Of a DNA stretch of 60,000 nt, positions 50,465-60,000 are shown one piece after another. The stretch covers positions 7,566,001-7,626,000 of the forward strand of contig CM075996.1 in the NCBI GenBank assembly GCA_038087875.1, given 5' to 3'. Made by a program: the position numbers and the translations under genes. Under the pieces are notes generated by a model. The model had not been told where the DNA came from. It ran no database searches and saw only the letters and a list, made by a program, of their open reading frames with translations. Position 1 is the stretch's first letter, and the number at the start of each line of letters is the position of its first letter. Source of the stretch: Malacoraja senta (taxonomy: Eukaryota).

Positions 50465-53195
50465 GAGGTATGATGTTGTGGGAATTACAGAGACATGGCT
50501 GCAAGGGGCCAGGGCTGGGAACTGAGTATTCAAGGGTATACCTCCTATCAAAAAGACAGACAGGTGGGCAGAGGTGGTGGGGTTGCTCTGTTGGTGAGGA
50601 ATGAAATTCAGTCCCTTGCAAGGGGTGACATTGAAAAAGGAGACGTGGAGTCAGTATGAATAGAACTAAGGAGTTGTAAGGGTAAAAAGACCCTAATGGG
50701 ACTTATCTACAGGCCCCCAAAAACTAGCCTGGACATAGGGTGCAAGTTAAATCAGGAGTTAAAATTGGCATGTAGCAAAGGTAATGCTGTGGTTGTTATG
50801 GGATATTTCAACATGCAGGTAGACTGGGAATATCAGATTGGTACTGGACCCTAAGAAAGGGACTTTGTAGAGTGCCTTCGTGATGGATTCTTGGAGCAGC
50901 TTGTATTGGAGCCTACCAGGAGAAGGCAATTCTGGATTTAGTGTTATGTAATGAACCGGATTTGATAAAGGACCTCGAGGTTAATGAGCCATTAGGAGGT
51001 AGTGACCATAATATGGTCAGGTTAATCTACAATTGGAGAGGGAGAAGGGTAGGTCGGAGGTGTCAGTGTTACAGTTGAATAAAGGGGACTATGGGGCCAT
51101 GAGGGAGGAGCTGGCCAATATTGACTGGGATGACAGTGGAACAAAAATGGCAGGTATTTCTAGGAATAATACAGAAGGTGCAGGATCAGTTCATTCCTAG
51201 GAGGAAGAAAGATTCCAAGGGGAGTAAGGGGCGACCGTGGCTGACAAGGGACGTCAGGGACAGTATAAAAATAAAAGAGAAGAAGTACAACGTAGCAAAG
51301 ATGAGCGGGAAGCAAGAGGATTGGGTAATGTTTAAAGAGCAACAGAAGATAACTAAAAAGACAATACGGGGAGAAAAGATGAGATGCGAAGGTAAGCTAG
51401 CCAAGAATATAAAGGAGGATAGTAAAAGCTTCTTTAGGTATGTGAAGAGAAAAAAATTAGTTAAGACCAAAGTTGGACCCTTGAAGACTGAAAAAGGTGA
51501 ATTTATTATGGGGAACAGGAAATGGCAGATGAGTTGAACAGGTACTTTGGATCTGTCTTCACTAAGGAGGACACAAACAAACTTCCTGATATAGTAGTGG
51601 CCAGAGGATCTGGGGTGACGGAGGAACTGAAGGATATCCACATTAGGCAGGAAATGTTGTTGGGTAGACTGATGGGACTGAAGGCTGATAAATCCCCAGG
51701 GCCTGATGGTCTGCATCCCAGGGTACTTAAGTGGCTCTAAAAAATCGTGGATGCATTGGTGATAATTTTCCAATGTTCTATAGACTCAGGATCACTTCCT
51801 GTGAATTGGAGGGTAACTAATGTTATCCCACTTTTTAAGAAAACAGGGAATTATAGACTAGTTAGCCTAGCATCGGTGGTGGGGAAGATGCTGGAGTCAA
51901 TTATAAAAGATGAAATAGCCGCACATTTGGATAGCAGTAACAGGATCGGTTCGAGTCAGCATGGATTTACGAGGGGGAAATCATGCTTGACTAATCTTCT
52001 GGAATTTTATTCAAAATTAGGGCCCATGGTATTGGGGGTAGAGTGCTGACATGGATAGAAAATTGGTTGGCAGACAGGAAACAAAGAGTGGGGATTAACG
52101 GGTCCCTTTCAGAATGGCAGGCAGTGACTTGTGGGGTACCGCAAGGCTCGGTGCTTCCTGCCTCTAGCGTGTCCAAATCCCTAACAATCTTATATGTTTC
52201 GGTGCTGGGACTGCAGCTATTTACAATATACATCAATGATTTGGATGAAGGGATTCAAAGTACCATTAGCAAAATTGCAGATGACACAAAGCTGGGTGAC
52301 AGTGTGAACTGTGAGGAGGATGCGATGAGAATGCAGGGTGACTTGGACAGGTTGGGGGAGTGGGCAGATGCATGGCAGATGAAGTTTAATGTGGATAAAT
52401 GTGAGGTTATCCACTTTGGTATAAAAAACAGGAAGGCAGATTGCTATCTAAATGGTGTCAAGTTGGGAAAAGGGGAAGTACAACGGGATCTGGGGGTCCT
52501 TGTTCATCAGTCTATGAAAGTAAGCATGCAGGTACAGCAGGCAGTGAAGAAAGCGAATGGCATGTTGGCCTTTATAACAAGAGGAGTCAAGTATAGGAGC
52601 AAAGAGGTCCTTCTGCAGTTGTACAGAGCCCAAGTGAGACCACACCTGGAGTATTGTGTGCAGTTTTGGTCCCCTAATTTGAGGAAGGACATTCTTGCTA
52701 TTGAGGGAGTGCAGCGTAGGTTTACACGATTAATTCCCGGGATGGCGGGACTGTCATATGCTGAGAGAATGGAGCGGCTGGGCTTGTACACTCTGGAGTT
52801 TAGAAGGATGAGAGGGCATCTCATTGAAACATATAAGATTGTTAAGGGCTTGGACACGCTCGAGGCAGGAAACATGTTCCCGATGTTGGAGTAGTCCAGA
52901 ACCAGGGGCCACAGTTTAAGAATAAGGGGTAAGCCATTTAGAAGGGAGACAGGAAACACTTTTTCTCACAGAGTGGTGAGTCTGTGGAATTCTCTGCCTC
53001 AGAGGGTGGTGGAGGCAGGTTCTCTGGATGCTTTCAAGAGAGAGCTAGATAGGGCTCTTAGAAATAGCGGAGTCAGAGGGTATGGGGAGAAGGCAGGAAC
53101 GGGGTACTGATTTGGGATGATCAGCCATGATCACATTGAATGGCGGTGCTGTCTCGAAGGGCCGAATGGCCTACTCCTGCACCTATTGTCTATTG
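50465..53195 (+). mobile_element. CR1 LINE, degraded ORF2 (second subfamily)
   Basis: Fragmented endonuclease/RT ORFs (51121, 51522, 51747, 52043) with stops and frameshifts; (CTATTGT)n tail. Confidence 0.9.
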
Positions 53196-55599
53196 AGGTA
53201 GGAAACGGCCACAATAAATCAGGGCCAGCAGCAGATGTCATAGGAAGGGTAGAGCCCATAAAGACCCATTGTTGGCTGGAGAAGAGGGGCTAATGAAGAG
53301 AAGCCAAACATTTTAACTCCCCTTCTCACAGTGACCTTTCTGTCCTGGGCCTCCTCCACTGTCAGAATGGAGGAACAGCACCTCATATTGCACTTGTGCA
53401 TCTTACACCCCAGCAGTAGGCACGTTGATTTCCATAATTTCAAGTAACCCCTGCATTCCCCTAGTCGTCCTGCTAGGTACACTGTTCACAACCTTGTATC
53501 CTTCGGAAAGCCAAATTATTTATTTGTTCAGAAGGATTGAGGGCTGACACACCCAGCTCCCGAAAACCGCTGACCTCCAGATGTTTGTATCTTCCAGCTG
53601 TGAGGCTGAAGTTTAAGGTGACTGTGGACATTTGTACCATTCATGCTTCTAATGTAAGCAAACACTGAGTTGAGATTAAATCTCTAGCACCATAATACTT
53701 GACATGACAATCAGCTCCCGTCTTGACAAAGGGAATGAGCTTGTGCCCTCCTGTGGGTTATAGCAGACACTCTTGTTTTCAGACCACACACGATTGTTAG
53801 CTTGTGTTGCTGGTCCTGGCAGCTGTCCAATACTGCTCCTAATTCCAGTTACAGTACGGTAGAGAGCAGATTGACTGGTTGCATCACGGCCTGGTTTGGC
53901 AACTTGAATGCCCAAGAGCAAAGAAGACTCCAAAAAGTTGTGAACACTGCCTAGTCCATCACGGGTTCTGACCTCCCCACCGTCGAAGGGATTTTACCGG
54001 AGTCGCTGGCTCAAAAAGGCAGCCAGCATTATCGGAGTCCCACACCACCCCTGCATCGGGAAGAAGGTACAGGAACCTGAAAACTGCAACGTCCAGGAAC
54101 AGCTTCTCCCGACAGCCATTAGGCAATTAAATTTTACAACCAGGTGGTGCCATACGATGGCAGCCTCGCCAAGTCTGTCTCATCCTTTTCTTCTTTTGTT
54201 GTTTTTAGTCTGTTGTTAAATGTGCGTTTTAGGGTATCTATAGTTTTGTGTTATGTGGGGGGTGGGGGAAAAGTTTAAAAAAAAAGACTTTTCCGTATCG
54301 TATCTCTATCCGCTCTGCGGCCTAACATCGTGGAGTTGGCGGTCCCTTTGCTGGGGATCGACTTCGGGAGCTTCAACCGCGGGAGCCTGCAGACTTAACA
54401 TTGTGGAGCTTGCGGTCCCTTGGTTAAGGATTGACTTCGGGAGCTCCAACCGCAGGAGCTTCGACCGCCACGACTGCAGATGGCTCGACTGTCCCGACCA
54501 CGTGAGAAAAGGAGGGAAGAAGATAATACGTTATTGCCTTCCATCACAGTGCGCTGTGGTGGATGTTTATGTTAATTTTTATGTAGTTGTGTCTTGTTGC
54601 TTTTTTGGTACGACTGTACAGCAAATCGAATTCTTTGTATGTTTTTACATACTTGGCTAATAAATTAATTACAATTACACTCCTCAAATAAGCTAATTCT
54701 TGTTATTATTGCACTATTATTGTTTGTTTGTTTTATGTGTACATGTAAATACACACACCTGTGTATATCTGTATATGTATATATTTGTGCATATATCTGT
54801 ATATATGTGCGTATATATACACACAACTTTTTGTTCCTTTATTATATTTAGTGTACTATGTTTATGAAAGCCTATGCTCTCCCTCTCTCCATCCCCTCTC
54901 CCTTCCCAGTTCTCCTAGCAGTCTTACTGTCTCCGACTACATTATATCACTGTACCACCCACTCTACTGACATCAGTCTGAAGGGTCTCAACCCGAAACG
55001 TCACCCATTCCTTCTCTCCAGAGATGCTGCCTGTCCCGCTGAGTTACTCCAGCTTTTTGTCTATCTTCGACTGCAGACGATCAGCATCTGCGGAACTTTC
55101 CTTCGCACCATGTTTACATATTCTGTTGTGCTGCTGCAAGTAAGAATGTCATTGTTCTATCTGGGACATACGACAATAAAACACTCTTGACGACTCTTGC
55201 ATTGATTGATGATGCACCGTGAGTCGAGCTGAGGTATTTAGTTCTTGGCAGTGATTCAATGATTGTCAAAAGGAGAATTTATCTGGTTGAAAGAGTAATT
55301 ATTCCTCAGTGCATCTCGCTCAAGTCCCTGAAGAGTATAACAGATACTTTTATCTACTGAAGGTGGAAGTCTTTGGAAGAATTAGCATGCCCGCCTGCTG
55401 TTGTGTGGGTAAACCAAAGGTACTAAGTCTCATATTTAGGCAACCACCTCATTATAGATTTACAGACAGATGCTACATCCAGCATTTTATGCAGACAGAC
55501 CATTGATGTTATTGAAATGCCGAAAGTGAGTACCTTGAGTTGATCTTCTCCCACTAAACACAGGCAGATTGAACTAGTGTAGATGGGGCAGGTTGGTTA

Positions 55600-55915
55600 A
55601 AGCCCTGTCCCACTGTACGAGTTCATTCAAGAGCTCTCCCGAGTTTAAAAAAAATCAAACTCGTGGAAGCACGTAGAACGTACGTAGCGGGTACGTCGGA
55701 GCTCGGGGACGTCTCTTAGCGGCTCGTAACGCTAACGGCAGGTACTCGGGAAACGCGGTAAGCTCGGGAAGACTCGTGAAGATTTTTCAACATGTTGAAA
55801 AATGTCCACGAGAGCCCCGAGTACCTACGAGCGACCATTACCGTAAATCTCCGAGTTCGAATCAGGGCAAACTCGGGAGAACTCTTGAATGAACTCGTAC
55901 AGTGGGACAGGGCTT
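55600..55915. mobile_element. PIF/Harbinger-type MITE (copy 2)
   Basis: Long TIRs AAGCCCTGTCCCACTGTACGAGTTCATTCAAGAG; TTA TSD at 55597-55599 and 55916-55918; nested in a LINE tail. Confidence 0.85.
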
Positions 55916-57556
55916 TTAGCATGGACAAGTAGGGCTGAAGGGCCTGTTCCCACAATGTACGATTCTTAAAAAAAGATTCATCCACATGGAGAGGCATAGG
56001 TAGGGTAGACAGTCAAAACATTTCTCCTCCCAGGGTGGAAAAGTCCAACACTAGAGGGCATAACCATAACATGAGAGGCGGAAAGTTTAATGGAGATGTG
56101 CGGCATAAGTTTGGGGGCAGGAGGGGTGGTGGTGGTGGCAGATATAATAATGGTGTTTAAGAGGTTTTTAGATAGGCACATGGAAGTACAGGGAACAGAG
56201 ATATGGATCAAATGCAGGCAGATTAGATCAATTTAAGTAGGTATCATTTTCTGCACATTGTGGGCTGAAGGGCCTGTTCCTGTACTGTTCTATGTTCCAT
56301 GTTCTAAGTCTCTGATGATCTTCCTTGCTCCTCTCAGTCATCACCAATGCAACATGCAAGCTTTCACTAGCAGAGCATGGACCGGCAGTGAGAGAATTCA
56401 ACTTTTTTCAGTAGAGAACGTCTGATCAAGTTACTTGATGTCTCAAAAGCCACAGTATAAAAGTCGGCACTTAAAATGCGGGGGATCGATGAGATAAAAG
56501 TGGGAAACACGTCCAATGACAGCAGCTGTCAATTTGTTTGCAGTCGAGCTACTCGAACACTACAGGCAAGGTGAGTTCTGTGGAAAACCAGAGGTCAGCT
56601 GAAGGCAAAGGTGAAGATGGTTGCAAGGGGTATGAGCACAAAAGGCAGAGGCCCAGACCATGGATATTATAGAACCACCAGCACTCATTCAAGGTTGCCC
56701 AGTGCTAGGTCCCACATGGGTAAGGCACACTATAACAGGGAGCAATGCCTGAAACAAGTTACTGCTTACAAGGACAGTAGTTAGTTTACCTTGGATACAG
56801 GGGACCAAGGGCATAGGATTGTAAAATCAGATGAGATGGTGAAATTGTATCAAGGAGGATGAGGAGGACTGTATATTTAAGGCCACCCTGCGGGAATTAA
56901 CTAAAGCATGCATTTTGATTGTGCAGTAGATCAATCTGTCGTTGGCCTTGAAAATCCAAGATACCTCAAGCTCTTTCTGTCAAGATAGAGCTCAATGGCG
57001 TTGGGCATACCTAGAGGAGAGGTACTCCAAGTTTTGGAGAAGGTGAACTGCTGGTTTGCAAGTGCAGAGAATTGTCCAGTTCTCCATCAGAGTGTTGGCA
57101 GCAATTATAGCTTACACTGTGATTGATGAACCTTGTTTTTGAAAGAACAATGGCACTGAACAGCAAAGAAATCCAGAAGATATGACACGAAATGCTGAGT
57201 AACTCAGCAGGTCGAGACCCTTCTTCAGACAGAGTCTGGGGAAAGGGAGACTGAGATACAGAAGGAACAATGTGAAAACGAGACACCAAAGGGGACAATG
57301 GTCAAGGAAAATGTAGAATAGATCATTGTTAGCTATGGGAAAGTGACAACAAAGCACACAAAGATGTAATCAGGAAGACAGTCAGACTGGTCGGAGAACT
57401 AGGATAGGGAGTGATGGGGAGAGAGAGAGGGAAAGCAAGGGAGCTTCAGACTGCCTTGGCCCCATCCAAGTCTCCATTTCAAATTGGAATTCAGTACTTG
57501 GAGGTTCCCTGCACAGTATACCAGCACGCTCCATGTGCACATGAACTCGTGATCCA

Positions 57557-57935
57557 AGAAGATTGTTAAGGGTTTGGACACGCTAGAGGCAGGAAACATG
57601 TTCCCAATGTTGGGGGAGTCCAGAACTAGGGGCCACAGTTTAAGAATAAGGAGTAAGCCATTTAGAACGGAGACGAGGAAACACTTTTTCTCACAGAGAG
57701 TGGTGAGTCTGTGGAATTCTCTGCCTCAGAGGGCGGTGGAGGCCGGTTCTCTGGATGCTTTCATGAGAGAGAGCTAGATAGGGCTCTTAAAGATAGCGGA
57801 GTCAGGGGATATGGGGAGAAGGCAGGAATGGGGTACTGATTGGGGATGATTAACCGTGATCACATTGAATGGCGGTGCTGGCTCGAAGGGCCGAATGGCC
57901 TACTCCTGCACCTATTGTCTATTGTATCTATTGTA
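57557..57935 (+). mobile_element. CR1 LINE 3' fragment
   Basis: DTLEAGNMFPMLGESRTRGHSLR... and CR1 tail. Confidence 0.88.
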
Positions 57936-58049
57936 TAATGGAGCCGAAATATAAAACCCAAGAACTCTGGCAGAGAAAGGTCAAGCTGCACAAAGCTGTA
58001 ATCACACCTGTACAAAGTACACAAAACGGCAACAAACATCCAGAAATCA

Positions 58050-58279
58050 GCAAAAAAAAATGTCATAAAGTTTATTTGTAACACGTTTATGGTAACATCT
58101 GCAAACGACTGTTACAATTCCATTTAGCGGCACTGGTGCGAAACATGCTTAAGGCACTTTTATAAAAATATATGTGTATGTGTTGTAAATCCAAATAGTT
58201 TCTATAGCAAGAAATATGGAGCGAATTCTCATGTGAAACATAAAATGTTGCAGCAGATATGATGGCAAAACACTTTTCG

Positions 58280-58310
<31 letters not shown>

Positions 58311-59081
58311 TGTGTTAGGAACATACAAAGTCAAAAACAAATCTCAAACTAAGGTCCCAAAGTGAATGAAGGAGCATTTGAAGGATCCCCTGAAACACCC
58401 AGTGCACGAGGCACCCCTCACCAGATAGAATGAATTTAAAACTGTGCAGTTTAAGCATCAGCCTCTTCCAGTTTTTTCCAAAATGCATTTTCTTTTTAAA
58501 TTGGAGCAGTGCGCTCAATAAAAGATCATGATTGGTCAGAGTGATTGGCTAAATTTATATTTATATATATATATATAAAATGAGAATCCATTAATGATTT
58601 TTTTTTCTTGATTATATTTTCCTGTTTAAATATATATTTGGTCCATTAATGAATCACAGGAATGAAGTCATTTTACAAATCCAGTATAACTTCTATCAAA
58701 AACTGTTCCCAATAGTTATGAAGCAATATTCATGAGATTAAAAAAAAAAGAATATATATATCCATGCATTTCCTTTCTTGGATGTCATTGCACAAGCAAA
58801 AAAGTATTGGAACTAGCCAGGCTTAGCTTGCATCATTTGCAGTGCTCGATGTGGCTTCTCGCAATACTGGTGCTGAACACACATGCCTCCCAGGGATCTG
58901 AACAGAAGTGGCTGTACCAGGCAAAGCCACTTCTCAAATAAGTGGTGTAGGCGGGAGCTGCTGGACAGAGAGGTGTGCCAGCAGCACCGCAGTCGGCGGC
59001 AGCAGCAGCAGCGTACTTGTACAACAGTGGGAACTCCCATGAAGGAAATGAGCAGGTTTCCAAAACCAGGTCACAGCCTAC
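58050..59081 (-). other. Probable terminal exon / 3' UTR of an unidentified minus-strand gene
   Basis: Strong acceptor (long T/CT tract ...gattgtttttag) at 59082-59083; TE-free AU-rich sequence; AATAAA at 58071-58076 (minus). Confidence 0.55.
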
Positions 59082-60000
59082 CTAAAAACAATCATCGACA
59101 ACAACGAGAAAGAAAGAAAGAAAAAAAAAAAAAAATGGAGCATTGCCTACCTCGCCTCTTCCAATAAAAACAAAACGGACCGTTTCCCGGTGAGAGATTT
59201 AAAAAAAAAAGATTGTCACAAGTTTTATTGAAGATGGAAGGGTGTTGGAAATGCACACTGGCTTAGCTTCAGAGAGTATGGATAAAGACAGACTGAATAG
59301 ACAGACTTCCAGTTAGAAGTTAATTTTCTGTTGCTTCCTGAGGCATTTTATATTGTTATGAAAATGAAACCTTTAAATTCCTGTCGTTGAATCCACTGAA
59401 ATCTCTCAGGCAGTGATCTGATGTCTTGCTCCAACTCGGGGTGACTCCAGATTCCAGGCAGCAAGACTTCAAGTATAAAATGGAGCACTTCCATTTTATT
59501 ATATAAAGAACTGTTATTAACATAGCCAAATGTGGACTTTAAGTTATCAATTGAATCATGTATACAATATCCATTGATATCTGGTGGCTAGTGAATCTCC
59601 TAACATTGTATGAGAGTAACCACATGGTTTAATAGGATTGTCAGAGTTTTGTTGCTATGCCTAGACACTAGCTTTTGTCTAACAAAATGCTACATTCCTG
59701 AACCAGAAAACTAAATAGGTAACCCAAAGTAAGCCAAATTAAACAAAAAAACACAATGAAAGCTAATGGAAAAGATTGCTCCACAAGTTCAACTGCAGGC
59801 CAGTTCAGCTCACCAGCTGAGAAATGCAGAAAAAATTATCCACACATGGGTTAAATCAGAACCTCTCTTCTCTGGGTTGTGCTGCGGAATATATAAGCCT
59901 TGTTCTTCAAGGTATGCAGGTCTACGCTATGAGCTCAAAATTATTCAGAAAGAATTTACATAATGCTGAGGGGAAAGGAGAGAGTGTGCCCTGATGTTCT

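Noticed and set aside
58813..59167. Ala/Gln/Cys-run ORFs
   Set aside because: Short (CAG)n in probable UTR; no homology recognised, so no gene name assigned.

Overview
Vertebrate genomic DNA. The repeat content (HE1/V-SINE-like SINEs, CR1, Rex1/Babar, Penelope-like elements) points to a cartilaginous fish, probably a skate or ray; this is inference. Genes reconstructed by hand from splice sites: (1) the last two coding exons of a BCL2L12-like gene (+; 294-548, 5324-5371); (2) a complete 10-exon PRMT1 (+; CDS 16042-29076, 1056 nt, 351 aa) with a CpG/CCAAT/TATA promoter and a probable ~3.1 kb 3' UTR; (3) a complete 2-exon POLR2L/RPB10 (-; 40817-40723 and 35703-35595, 67 aa), convergent with PRMT1; (4) the probable 3' end of an unidentified minus-strand gene (~58050-60000). 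The rest is mostly transposon-derived sequence and simple repeats. Best observations: an L1 inserted inside the POLR2L splice acceptor, displacing the apparent branch point; a 51-bp minisatellite that reads as a tandem array of CTCF core+upstream motifs; many Penelope-derived hammerhead-ribozyme-like motifs; a family of very short CAAAGAT-ended MITEs, one carrying E2F/YY1 motifs into the POLR2L promoter; and PRMT1-POLR2L linkage suggesting differential ohnolog retention. Repeat boundaries are approximate unless TSDs or TIRs are quoted. No database searches were run.
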